A stretch of 20,000 nucleotides of DNA from an uncultured virus (IMG/VR IMGVR_UViG_2930745263_000002) (IMGVR_UViG_2930745263_000002), one strand, 5' to 3'. Shown: positions 1-7,744, counted from the first letter of the stretch. Notes: generated by a model from the sequence alone, not told the origin. A program made the numbers and translations.

Positions 1-252
1 CCACACACCCATAAGGCTTAAGCGCTCACGGTGGTACGTTCGTGTCGCGGCGGTCCCGATCACCTCGTGGTCGGCGAACGCGCAAGTGGCCAGGCGGTCT
101 TGCTCACCGCCCGGCCACTTCAAGCACACCGACGGGGTGATTCCCGTCGACCTCGGACCCAGCTCGTGAAAGGGGTCGCTCGTGAGCGTACCCGGTACCC
201 CTGGCCGACGGCCAAGTGCCACAACCAGCGCACGGTGGCTGGTGAACGCCCC

Positions 253-1491
253 GTGAGCCTCCTGCCGATTCTGTGGGCCCTCAAAAGTGCCCCGGTCTCC
301 GACACCACCGAGAAGCTGCTGCTCGTCACCATGGCGGAGCACGCCTTCGTCGACGGATGCGACGCCTTTCCCTCCAAGAACACGCTCGCCGACATCGCGA
401 TGACCGATCCGAAGACCGTGCAGCGCAAGTTGCGTGCGCTGGAGGCTCGGAAGCTGATCGCTCTCGGCGACCAGTCCGCAGCCCGGTACATCGACGCCCG
501 GTACCGGCCGAAGGTCTACGACCTGCTGATCCCGTACTCGTGGTTCCCCGACGTCCAGCAGGTGAACGCCGAGCGCCAGCAGCGCGGTCGGCCGCCGCTC
601 ACTGCCGAGAATCGGCCCAGCATCGCAGCCGCTCCCGCTCGTAAGCGGCGCTCTGACCTGGGCAAATCGCGCAAGGCCCAGGACGCTGGCGACGGCGAAG
701 ACAGGGAGGACTCTCAGTCCCCCCTGCGAGAGGATGCCGGCGACAGCCCAGGGGGGACTGACAATCCCACCAGGGGGGACTACGAATCCCACGAGGGGGG
801 ACTGACAGACCCCCAATCCTCCCCAGACAACCCTCCCCTTCTGAACCGCCCCGAAGACACCCGTGGTGACGGCCGTAGGCCATCCACCAGCAGTAATGGG
901 CGCGGCGGGCGCGGCGTTGCCGCGTCGAGCAAGACGGCAGCGAGGAGGAAGGTTCCTGCCGCCGGCCTTCGCACGGTCGTCGCGAACGTCCCCTCGGTGC
1001 TGGCTGCTCAGCTGGAGAATGAGTTCCCCCGCGGCCTGCCGGCCTCGGTCAACGAGGCGATCGGCCTGGCGCTCGAGGACCGCACCGTGGACCAGGTCGT
1101 CGCACGGGTGGAGCGCCGTTGGCTGCAGTGGTCGTACGAGAACGACGCGGTCGCCGAGTCCGGAAGTGGTCTGGGTCGGCCGCTCGGCGTGCTGTTGACC
1201 CTGCTCGGTCCCTCGGCCTGCTGGGGTAACAACGCTCGCTGCGAGGACGGCACCGACATCGACACCGGAGTTGTCTGCCCGCGGTGCGAGGAGGCTCGGG
1301 AGGACAGGGCTGCTGCCGGGCGAGGCCAGGATGGTCCGCCGGCCGCCGGGTACAGCGTGCCGTTCGAGCGGCCCACAGACGTCGAGCCCAGTCCGTACGT
1401 CCAGTGCCGGGGTGCTGGCTGCGGCCTGAAGATGATGCCGACCGAGGACGGACTGTGCCGCGAGTGCCGTACGGAAGGGGCTTTCACGTAA
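253..1491 (+). CDS. Putative plasmid/phage replication initiator (N-terminal winged HTH, low-complexity linker, C-terminal Cys/Zn-ribbon motifs)
   Basis: Probable GTG start at 253 (VSLLPILWALKSAP...). The N-terminus EKLLLVTMAEHA..DGCDAFPSKNTLADIAMTDPKTVQRKLRALEARKLI fits the HTH_36-like initiator pattern. The C-terminus has CPRC and CREC motifs. Iteron-like repeats lie within the linker-coding DNA. Confidence 0.75.
   Translation: MSLLPILWALKSAPVSDTTEKLLLVTMAEHAFVDGCDAFPSKNTLADIAMTDPKTVQRKLRALEARKLIALGDQSAARYIDARYRPKVYDLLIPYSWFPDVQQVNAERQQRGRPPLTAENRPSIAAAPARKRRSDLGKSRKAQDAGDGEDREDSQSPLREDAGDSPGGTDNPTRGDYESHEGGLTDPQSSPDNPPLLNRPEDTRGDGRRPSTSSNGRGGRGVAASSKTAARRKVPAAGLRTVVANVPSVLAAQLENEFPRGLPASVNEAIGLALEDRTVDQVVARVERRWLQWSYENDAVAESGSGLGRPLGVLLTLLGPSACWGNNARCEDGTDIDTGVVCPRCEEAREDRAAAGRGQDGPPAAGYSVPFERPTDVEPSPYVQCRGAGCGLKMMPTEDGLCRECRTEGAFT
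702..814 (+). repeat. Iteron-like 22-bp repeats (probable replication origin) inside the rep gene
   Basis: Tandem copies CAGGGGGGACTGACAATCCCAC (749-770), CAGGGGGGACTACGAATCCCAC (771-792) and GAGGGGGGACTGACAGACCCCC (793-814). A further quasi-palindromic copy, CAGGGAGGACTCTCAGTCCCCCCTG, lies at 702-726. Confidence 0.75.
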
Positions 1492-1690
1492 TGCCGCAGT
1501 CATTTGCCGGTTCCCTCCATTCCGATTCTTGTTGATCAACACCGTGTGCTGGAGCGCTCACGGACGGGAAGGTGGACAGGGGCGGACAGTCGAAGTGACC
1601 GCCCTCTGTCCCCCGCATTCGCGGGTGATCGGCGTGCCAGACTCGGCCGCAAGGGGACGCGGCGACCGCCGCGGTGAAGGAGGGCACGGG

Positions 1691-2926
1691 ATGTACGACG
1701 ACCGCCCGGCATGGGCGCAGCGGATGGAAGCCGAGCGAGCTGCCCGGGGTTGGAGTCCTCTGGATGCCGCCCGGGCGATGAAGGCGCACTCGTCCGCTCC
1801 GCTCCCGGACGACAAGGCGCTGGCCCGGCAGTGGCGCCGGTGGGAGTCCGGCGACATCGAGCCCCGCGACCACAAGGAGCTGATCGCCACGGTGTGCGGC
1901 ACGACGACCCACGCGTTCTTCCCGGTGGCGCACAAGCGCGACGGGCGCGCGGAGATCCAGGCCGCCTCGGGCATGGACACCGTGGACATCGTGGCGCGGC
2001 TGCGTGCCAGCGACGTCGACCAGGCCACCCTCGACGCGGTGGCGATCACCGTCGACCGGCTGTGCTCGGAGTACGCCTACATGCCCAGCGACCAGCTCCT
2101 CATCGAGGGCCGGGCCTGGCTGACCCGCGTCGCCGGCATGCAGCAGCAGCGCCTCACCCTGGCCCAGCACCGCGAGGTCCTGGTGCAGGCCGGGATGCTG
2201 ACGCTGCTGGTGGGCTGCGTGGAGTACGACTCCGGCGGGCCGGCGCTGCGCCGCGCGGCGGAAGGCACCCGGCAGGCCGCGCTGTCCCTCGGCAGGGAGG
2301 CCGGCCATCCGCTGATCATCGGGTGGGGCCACGAGATGCGGGCGTGGTTCGCCCTGACCCGCGGGGACCTTCGCGGGGTGATCGCCGCCGCAGACGAGGG
2401 CATCCTGGCCGCGCCGGAGGAGAGCGTCGCCGTGCAGCTCTGGGCGCAGAAGGCCAAGGCGTGGGCCCGGCTCGGTGACCGCCGCCAGGTCGAGGTCGCG
2501 CTCGACTCCGGCCGCCGGCTCCTCGAGGGCATGGGCTACCCGGAGAACCCGGAGAACCACTTCACGGTCGACCCGGCCAAGTGGGACTTCTACGCCATGG
2601 ACTGCTACCGCAAGCTCGGCGAGGACCGGCTGGCGGAGACACTGGCCCGCGAGGTGCTCCGGGCCGGCGTCGACCACGACGGAACGGACCGCGCTCCGAT
2701 GCGGAACGCGGAGGCGCGGGTGACCCTCGGCGTCGTCGCGGCCCGGCAGGGCGCGGTCGACGAGGCGGTCTCGTACGGGATGAAGGCCCTGGGCGGCGCG
2801 CGCCAGTCGCTGCCTTCGCTGTCCATGGTCGCCAGCGATCTGGGCAGCGTGCTGTCGGCCGACCACGCCGACGAGCCCGAGGCCCGCGAGTTCCTCACCC
2901 ACCTGCGGACGCTGCGCAGCGCCTGA
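1691..2926 (+). CDS. XRE-like HTH transcriptional regulator with long helical (TPR-like) C-terminal domain
   Basis: ATG at 1691 follows an AAGGAGG RBS. The N-terminus 'AERAARGWSPLDAARAM...ARQWRRWESG' is an XRE-type HTH. The Ala/Leu-rich helical C-terminus is typical of the actinomycete family. Confidence 0.8.
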   Translation: MYDDRPAWAQRMEAERAARGWSPLDAARAMKAHSSAPLPDDKALARQWRRWESGDIEPRDHKELIATVCGTTTHAFFPVAHKRDGRAEIQAASGMDTVDIVARLRASDVDQATLDAVAITVDRLCSEYAYMPSDQLLIEGRAWLTRVAGMQQQRLTLAQHREVLVQAGMLTLLVGCVEYDSGGPALRRAAEGTRQAALSLGREAGHPLIIGWGHEMRAWFALTRGDLRGVIAAADEGILAAPEESVAVQLWAQKAKAWARLGDRRQVEVALDSGRRLLEGMGYPENPENHFTVDPAKWDFYAMDCYRKLGEDRLAETLAREVLRAGVDHDGTDRAPMRNAEARVTLGVVAARQGAVDEAVSYGMKALGGARQSLPSLSMVASDLGSVLSADHADEPEAREFLTHLRTLRSA

Positions 2927-3082
2927 CGGACCACGGGGGTACGCAGTCGAAAGCCCATCCGAGCCTGGGAGCCCCGTCGGGGCCCCGGGCTCGTGTCATG
3001 CCCAGCGCGGCCCTCCCCCGCAGCGGCGCCCAGTTTCCGCGAAGAGTATTCACGCCGGTAGACGCGGGTGCATACTCGGGTT

Positions 3083-3328
3083 ATGGCTGACACCACCGTG
3101 AAGATCGATTCAGAGACGCGGGACCGGTTCGCCGCGATCGCTGCCGCCCGCGGGCAGAGCGTGCGCTCCTACCTGTCCGAGCTGGCCATAGAGGAGGAGA
3201 ACCAGATCTCCCTGGGCCGGGCCACCGCCGCCTTCCGCGAGGCGATCAGCCGGCCGGGGCTCCTCGAAGCCTTCGACCGCGACTTCGGCGGGCTCCCCGA
3301 GACGCAGCACGGCAGCCGGGCGGCCTGA
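3083..3328 (+). CDS. Antitoxin, ribbon-helix-helix (CopG-like)
   Basis: MADTTVKIDSETRDRFAAIAAARGQSVRSYL fits the RHH pattern. The gene lies directly upstream of a Doc-like gene. CATACT just upstream of the ATG, with no SD sequence, suggests a leaderless mRNA. Confidence 0.8.
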   Translation: MADTTVKIDSETRDRFAAIAAARGQSVRSYLSELAIEEENQISLGRATAAFREAISRPGLLEAFDRDFGGLPETQHGSRAA

Positions 3329-3331
3329 CCC

Positions 3332-3712
3332 TTGAATCTGCACATCGACATCCGCTGGCTCCTCAGCCGCCAGGAGGAACTGCTCGGCAAGGACCTGGCG
3401 GTGTCCGACTACTCGGCGCTCGTGGCCGCGGTGGCACGCCACCGGGTGAACACCCCACAGTTGGACGTCGACGACCCGGACGCATACTGGCGGGCGGCCG
3501 CGCTGCTGCAGCAGATCGTGCTCGTGCAGCCGTTGCCGGCGCGCAACGAGGTCTTCGGGTACGGCGTGGCCGTGGCCTACGTCAAGGCGTCCGGGGAGAG
3601 CATCGACGGCTCGATCGACGAGTGGCGGGCCCTGATGGCCGACGTACGGGCGCTGCGAGTGAACGTCTTCGACATCGCCGACCGGCTGCGTTCGATGCGT
3701 ACCCCTGAATGA
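3332..3712 (+). CDS. Doc/Fic-family toxin-like protein (degenerate Fic motif)
   Basis: 126 aa with a TTG start. 'DYSALVAAVARH...AYWRAAALLQQIVLVQPLPARNEVFG' aligns by eye with Doc; QPLPARNEV replaces HPFxDGNKR. Confidence 0.75.
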   Translation: MNLHIDIRWLLSRQEELLGKDLAVSDYSALVAAVARHRVNTPQLDVDDPDAYWRAAALLQQIVLVQPLPARNEVFGYGVAVAYVKASGESIDGSIDEWRALMADVRALRVNVFDIADRLRSMRTPE

Positions 3713-3841
3713 TCACGGTGGCGGCCGGCGGCTGACCGCCCGGCGTCGCGCCGTGTCCGGCGCTGTCGCGCGACAGCCGTACGGAACGCCCGGGTCGTAG
3801 CCGACGCCCGGGCCGGGGCGGACGCTGGCGACGTGCGGCCT

Positions 3842-4348
3842 TCACTCAGTGGCCGCGGCCACCGCCTGGTTCGCCTCGTGCTCGCGCTGGTTCGCCTCGT
3901 GCTCGCGCGCCGCCTTTCGTACGGCGTCCTGTACGGCGCGCAGGGAGCTGGCGGACATCGGCTCCCCGCAGGAGTGGATGGTCATGCCCTCCTCGCGCAT
4001 CTCCCGCAGGACCGGGATCGCTTCGATCTGCCGCAGTACTGCGGCGCACGCCTCGTCCGAGGAGAGGCTGGCCGTCGAGACGATGCCGGCGTAGGCGACC
4101 AGTTCGGTGCGCTCGTCCGGGCCCAGGGGTACGGGGCGGCCGGCGCGGACGTCGGCGAGCCAGAGCGGTTTGGGGCCCAGGCGCTCGAGGTCGAGGCCGG
4201 CCTCGTGCAGCGCGGCCCGGAGCCGGTCGGCGCGGGCGAGGATCTCGCCGTCGGCCACCGAGGGCTCGGGGCGCTGGGGCGCGGCCGGCGGCTGGGGGCG
4301 GGTGGGAGCGGTGGCGGCGGGGCGACGGCGGCGGAGCTTGTGGAACAT
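3842..4348 (-). CDS. Hypothetical protein
   Basis: 168-aa ORF with GAAGG immediately upstream, high GC3 and a C-terminal REHEANQ duplication. Confidence 0.65.
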   Translation of the reverse strand: MFHKLRRRRPAATAPTRPQPPAAPQRPEPSVADGEILARADRLRAALHEAGLDLERLGPKPLWLADVRAGRPVPLGPDERTELVAYAGIVSTASLSSDEACAAVLRQIEAIPVLREMREEGMTIHSCGEPMSASSLRAVQDAVRKAAREHEANQREHEANQAVAAATE

Positions 4349-4403
4349 CCTTCGATCATGCCACTCGTGGTTTGCGCAGCTCAGGGGGCCTGTGGGAGCA
4401 GGT

Positions 4404-4430
4404 CGGCCCCCGTACGGGGTACGGGGGCCG
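4404..4430. terminator. GC-rich hairpin downstream of the 4447-4716 gene
   Basis: CGGCCCCCGTAC-ggg-GTACGGGGGCCG, a perfect 12-bp stem. Confidence 0.6.
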
Positions 4431-4446
4431 GTGGGGCGGGTGCCCT

Positions 4447-4716
4447 TCAGGCGGGGGCCGGTGCCGCGCTCTCGGCCCGGGCGGCCGCGACCAGGCGGTC
4501 GAGGAGCTCGGCCAGCTCGTCGTGGCCCTCGTACAGCCGGTCCTCGGCGAGGTGGATCTCCACCCGTGCCCGCTCGATGGCCTCGGGGCTGTCGGCCCGT
4601 ACGGCGGCGACCAGGGCGTCGAGCAGCTCGGCGAGGTCGTCGTGGCCCTCGTACATCCGGTCGAGGTCGAGGTGGATCGCGGCGGCGGCGTGGCTGACGG
4701 TCTCGGTGGCGTGCAT
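4447..4716 (-). CDS. Small acidic helical protein made of two internal repeats
   Basis: ATG at 4716 after GAAGGG. IHLDLDRMYEGHDDLAELLDALVAAVRADS and IHLAEDRLYEGHDELAELLDRLVAAARAES repeat with a 40-aa period. Confidence 0.75.
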   Translation of the reverse strand: MHATETVSHAAAAIHLDLDRMYEGHDDLAELLDALVAAVRADSPEAIERARVEIHLAEDRLYEGHDELAELLDRLVAAARAESAAPAPA

Positions 4717-4737
4717 GGTCTTGCCCTTCGTTCGTGC

Positions 4738-4866
4738 GTCGTCCTTACCCCCCAACTATACAACGCGACGTTGTATAGAGGGAAGCGGGTCAGCCCTCTT
4801 TCCCGGCCCGCCGGCCAGGTCCCCGGGACAGGCCGAGGCCCCGCGGCGTGCGCCGCGGGGCCGGTC
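4738..4866 (-). repeat. 129-bp direct repeat, copy 1 (hairpin + promoter/operator cassette)
   Basis: Ungapped match to 5324-5452 with about 13 mismatches counted by eye. Contains the hairpin GGCCCCGCGGCG-tg-CGCCGCGGGGCC (4837-4862), the CTATACAAC-N5-GTTGTATAG palindrome and a minus-strand TATAGT -10. Confidence 0.9.
4755..4784 (-). promoter_or_regulatory. Promoter with TACAAC-N5-GTTGTA operator (set A, copy 1)
   Basis: Minus strand reads TTCCCT-18 nt-TATAGT, with the palindrome at 4756-4778 in the spacer and overlapping the -10. Confidence 0.75.
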
Positions 4867-4887
4867 CGGGTGGCGCGAGTCGGCAGG

Positions 4888-5298
4888 TCAGTTGACCGTG
4901 ACGGTGGTGCCGTACTGGACCGCGCACCGGTCGGCGGCGGAACGGTCGTTGAAGTAGGTCGGGGTGCGGCCGACCATGACGGTGAAGGGGTACTGGGGGC
5001 GGTGCGGGTTGCAGGACCCGTCGCAGTAGGTCGTCTCGCCGAGATTGGCACCGCTCAGGAGGTCGCCGTCCTCGCCGGCGTGGCCCTCGCACTCCGGCTC
5101 CGCGTCGGAGGGGGCCAGGACGACGTGGCGCCCGTCCTTGTAGGTGATGTCGTAGTGGCCGCCGTCGACGGAGATCTTGCGGACGTGGGCTCGGTCGCTC
5201 ACTCGGTCGAGCATTGCCGCCCGGCCTTCGGTCAGCGCCTCCTCGGCGGTCACGCGGGTGATGGCGCCGTCCTCAGTGCGCTCGTAGACCTCGGTCAT
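4888..5298 (-). CDS. Hypothetical phage-like protein with CEGH...YCDGSC putative metal-binding motif
   Basis: 136-aa ORF with a GGGGAG RBS, lying between the two 129-bp repeats. Confidence 0.75.
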   Translation of the reverse strand: MTEVYERTEDGAITRVTAEEALTEGRAAMLDRVSDRAHVRKISVDGGHYDITYKDGRHVVLAPSDAEPECEGHAGEDGDLLSGANLGETTYCDGSCNPHRPQYPFTVMVGRTPTYFNDRSAADRCAVQYGTTVTVN

Positions 5299-5323
5299 TT
5301 TCGTCTCCCCTGTTCGCCTTGCT

Positions 5324-5452
5324 GTCGTCCTTACCTCTCAACTATACAACACCGCGTTGTAAGGAGGGAAGCGGGTCGGCCCTCTTTCCGGGCCCGCCGG
5401 CCAGACCCCCGGGACAGGCCGGGGCCCCGCGGCGCGCGCCGCGGGGCCGGTC
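5324..5452 (-). repeat. 129-bp direct repeat, copy 2 (includes set A promoter copy 2, operator 5345-5361)
   Basis: Offset 586 bp from copy 1. Contains TACAAC-ACCGC-GTTGTA and a hairpin at 5423-5448. Confidence 0.9.
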
Positions 5453-5576
5453 AGGGCTCGCCGCACCCCGCAGGGCAGTTGACCAGGTTGCGGCAGCGGC
5501 AGCCGGGGGTGAACTCGTTCTCCGAGCAGCCGCACTCCGCGCACCGCTCTTCGCTGTTCTCGGGGTGGTCCACCAT
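5451..5576 (-). CDS. 41-aa Cys-rich microprotein (not in the ORF track)
   Basis: AGGAGG RBS, then MVDHPENSEERCAECGCSENEFTPGCRCRNLVNCPAGCGEP* (7 Cys). The stop codon abuts the repeat hairpin. Confidence 0.7.
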   Translation of the reverse strand: MVDHPENSEERCAECGCSENEFTPGCRCRNLVNCPAGCGEP

Positions 5577-5600
5577 GGCGTGGCCTCCTGGGTCTGTCGG

Positions 5601-5626
5601 GGCCCCGCGGCGGGTGCCGCGGGGCC
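5601..5626. terminator. Third copy of the GGCCCCGCGGC...GCCGCGGGGCC hairpin
   Basis: GGCCCCGCGGC-gggt-GCCGCGGGGCC, just downstream of the stop of the 5646-6029 gene. Confidence 0.65.
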
Positions 5627-5645
5627 GGGTGCTCCGCGTTGGGGC

Positions 5646-6029
5646 TCACGCGAAGGTGCTGTGGAAGTGCTGGGCGATCTGGGCGAGGTGGTCGGCGGCG
5701 TGCTGCCGGGCGGCCGGGTCGTCGATGTCGGCCAGGGGGAACTTGGTCGGGGTGTGCGGGTGCGGGTGCGGGGTGAAGTCGCCGCCGGTGGCCATCACCG
5801 TGCCGGTGAGCAGCCAGTCGCCGATGGTGAGGCCGGTGAGGCCGTAGCCGCTGGTGTCGCCCGGCCTGCCGAGGCTGATGGTCACCGCGAGCCGGTCGGG
5901 CTGGCCGAAGTAGGCGGGCTGTACGTGGATCTTGCCCTGGTCGCCGAAGTTGTACAGCGCGTTGCCGAGGTCCTTGAAGTAGCTGATGGTGGCGGTGTCG
6001 CCGTTGTCGAAGTGGGCCGTGGTCCGCAT
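5646..6029 (-). CDS. Hypothetical protein
   Basis: 127-aa ORF with a GGAAGG RBS, downstream of set A promoter copy 3. Confidence 0.75.
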   Translation of the reverse strand: MRTTAHFDNGDTATISYFKDLGNALYNFGDQGKIHVQPAYFGQPDRLAVTISLGRPGDTSGYGLTGLTIGDWLLTGTVMATGGDFTPHPHPHTPTKFPLADIDDPAARQHAADHLAQIAQHFHSTFA

Positions 6030-6068
6030 GGTCGTGCCTTCCGTCGCTATGTCGTTCTTACGTGTCAG

Positions 6069-6099
6069 ACTTTACAACGCCGCGTTGTATGAGGGGAAG
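6069..6099 (-). promoter_or_regulatory. Promoter with TACAAC-N5-GTTGTA operator (set A, copy 3)
   Basis: TACAAC-GCCGC-GTTGTA at 6073-6089 with minus-strand -10 TAAAGT. The leader GTAAGAACGAC resembles GTAAGGACGAC of copies 1 and 2. Confidence 0.75.
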
Positions 6100-6132
6100 G
6101 GGTTTCGTGATCTTCTTCCGAGGAGTTCCGGC

Positions 6133-6567
6133 TCACCGGGACGGCGCGGTCCGGCGGGCGAGGACATCCCGCCCGGCCTCCAGGGCGCGGGCCACGTCGA
6201 GGACGTAGACGCCGCCGCGGTCGTCGACGTCGCGGCACAGCGGGTGCCAGGCGGCCGCGTTGCCGTCCATGAGGTTGCCGGGGAGGCCGTCGAGCTCGTC
6301 CGACTCCCGCTCGGTCAGGTCGCGTTCGGCGCCCTCGGCCGAGATGGCGGCCGAGGCGAACCGCTCGTCCGGGTCGTAGTCCTCCTGGACCCGGACCGCG
6401 GCCACCGCGCGGTCGTGCCGGAGCAGGACGTGCGCGATCAGGGCGGCGGAGCAGCGGGCCAGCTCCAGGTCGGCCGCCGCCCGCTGCTCCGGCAGGTGAG
6501 CGGCGATCTGGTACGCGGCGATCTCCTCGCTCAACACCTCGAACAGGGCTTCTTCGTCTGTAGCCAT
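6133..6567 (-). CDS. Hypothetical acidic protein
   Basis: ATG at 6567 after a GGAGG RBS (MATDEEALFEVLSEE...), downstream of a set B promoter. Confidence 0.75.
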   Translation of the reverse strand: MATDEEALFEVLSEEIAAYQIAAHLPEQRAAADLELARCSAALIAHVLLRHDRAVAAVRVQEDYDPDERFASAAISAEGAERDLTERESDELDGLPGNLMDGNAAAWHPLCRDVDDRGGVYVLDVARALEAGRDVLARRTAPSR

Positions 6568-6595
6568 GGGGCACCTCCGGGTTCGCGGAGCACAG

Positions 6596-6624
6596 AACAT
6601 AGCTCTCACCCAATACACATGCGA
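6596..6624 (-). promoter_or_regulatory. Promoter with GTGTATTGGGT spacer box (set B, copy 1)
   Basis: Minus strand reads TCGCAT-gtgtattgggtgagagc (17 nt)-TATGTT. Confidence 0.7.
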
Positions 6625-6648
6625 TAGGTGGAGCGTTCCGGGAAACGC

Positions 6649-6692
6649 GAAGGGGGTGCCGGAGCCCTCGTCAGGCTCCGGCACCCCCTTTC
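6649..6692. terminator. Intrinsic terminator-like hairpin
   Basis: AAGGGGGTGCCGGAGCC-ctcgtca-GGCTCCGGCACCCCCTT, downstream of the 6721-8091 gene cluster. Confidence 0.75.
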
Positions 6693-6720
6693 GGCGGCGG
6701 TTCGCGCCGGCGGCGGCGCG

Positions 6721-6840
6721 CTACTTCCCCTCGCGGGCCAGCCGCGCCAGCTCCTCCGTGGTCTGCCGTGTCGACTCGGCCAGACGCTCCGCCGCGACCC
6801 GCAGCTCCTCCGCGATCTCTTCCGGGGTCTTGCCCGCCAT
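6721..6840 (-). CDS. 39-aa helical/coiled-coil microprotein (not in the ORF track)
   Basis: Purine-rich RBS AAAGAGGAG, then MAGKTPEEIAEELRVAAERLAESTRQTTEELARLAREGK*. Confidence 0.7.
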   Translation of the reverse strand: MAGKTPEEIAEELRVAAERLAESTRQTTEELARLAREGK

Positions 6841-6904
6841 GTCTCTCTCCTCTTTCTCGTCCGTACAGGTCAGGTGACGGTGTTCTCCTCGCCGGGCTCG
6901 GCCC

Positions 6905-7501
6905 TCAGAGGGTGCCGGCCTTCTGCAGGAGGCCGGCGGTCTCGGCGGCGAGGCGGGTGCGGTACTCGTGCGCCTGCTCGAGGTTGGCCAGGAGCTGCTC
7001 GGTGACGGTGGTGGGGTCGAGGGTCAGCGGTTCGACCGGCGGGTGGCCGGCGGCGAGGATCTGGTCGTAGGCGGCCTTGCGGGCGCCGCCGTCGCCGTCG
7101 TGGACGAAGACGACCGTCTTGGCGTCGGCCGCGCGGTCGCGCCACATGTCGAGGGAGATCCGGGCGTCCTCGACCGCGCGCACGTACGCCTGGTGGCCGT
7201 GGAGCCAGCTTCCGGTGGCGGCCGGGTCGCCCAGGGCCTGCCACAGGACCTCGACCTGTTCCAGGGCGAGGTCGCGCGCCTGGCGGGCGACCTCCTCCCG
7301 GGCCAGGAGCGGGCGCAGCGTGTTGTAGCGGCGCAGGGTGTCGTTGAGGGCGACGAGGCGCATCCCCTCGGGCTGGGAGTCCTGGCCGGGGTGGGCCTCG
7401 ATCCAGCGGTGCAGGCTCTCCCAGTGCTTGGCACCGGCGGCGGCGGTGTCCTCCTCGAGGCCGGTGTGCCCTTCCAGGGTGACGGGGGCGATCGTCGTCA
7501 T
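6905..7501 (-). CDS. Hypothetical helical protein
   Basis: 198-aa ORF with a GGAGG RBS and high GC3. Confidence 0.75.
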   Translation of the reverse strand: MTTIAPVTLEGHTGLEEDTAAAGAKHWESLHRWIEAHPGQDSQPEGMRLVALNDTLRRYNTLRPLLAREEVARQARDLALEQVEVLWQALGDPAATGSWLHGHQAYVRAVEDARISLDMWRDRAADAKTVVFVHDGDGGARKAAYDQILAAGHPPVEPLTLDPTTVTEQLLANLEQAHEYRTRLAAETAGLLQKAGTL

Positions 7502-7549
7502 GCGGGTTCCTCCGGGAGCGGTGGGCGGCGTGGTCGGGGTTGGGGCCGG

Positions 7550-7744
7550 CTACTGGCCGACGAGGGTGCCGAAGAAGGCGCGGCCGAGGTTGTCGGCGAG
7601 CCGGGTGCGGCGCCGGGCGTCGGCCTCGGTGCGCGGCGGGTTGCCGCGCAGGGCCTCCAGGAGGTCGGCGGCCGCGGTCATGTCGCGCAGTTCGAGGGCG
7701 ACGGCGGGGGTGGGTTTGGTCGGGGTGGTGGCCGGCTGTGCCAT
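7550..7744 (-). CDS. Small hypothetical protein
   Basis: ATG at 7744 after AGGA (MAQPATTPTK...FFGTLVGQ), 64 aa. Confidence 0.6.
   Translation of the reverse strand: MAQPATTPTKPTPAVALELRDMTAAADLLEALRGNPPRTEADARRRTRLADNLGRAFFGTLVGQ

Noticed and set aside
31..252. N-terminal extension of the rep ORF from position 31
   Set aside because: The extension looks non-coding in composition; family-like sequence begins at GTG 253.
1484..2902. 472-aa minus-strand ORF and other long antisense ORFs (4372-5847, 9392-10894, 10642-12042, 14404-15513, 17175-18140)
   Set aside because: These are shadow ORFs typical of high-GC DNA. They overlap better-supported genes and have R/G/P/A-biased or antisense-codon composition.
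3867..3910. 21-bp tandem duplication (REHEANQ twice)
   Set aside because: A simple in-frame slippage repeat in a coiled-coil tail, with no evidence of a separate function.
4759..4775. TACAAC-N5-GTTGTA as an SOS/LexA box
   Set aside because: The actinobacterial LexA box is of the TCGAAC-N4-GTTCGA type; both the arms and the spacing differ.
4738..6103. CRISPR array or integron attC array
   Set aside because: The repeats are too long and too few, the intervening DNA consists of whole genes, and there is no cas or integrase gene or clear RYYYAAC/GTTRRRY-bounded attC structure. A promoter + hairpin explanation fits better.
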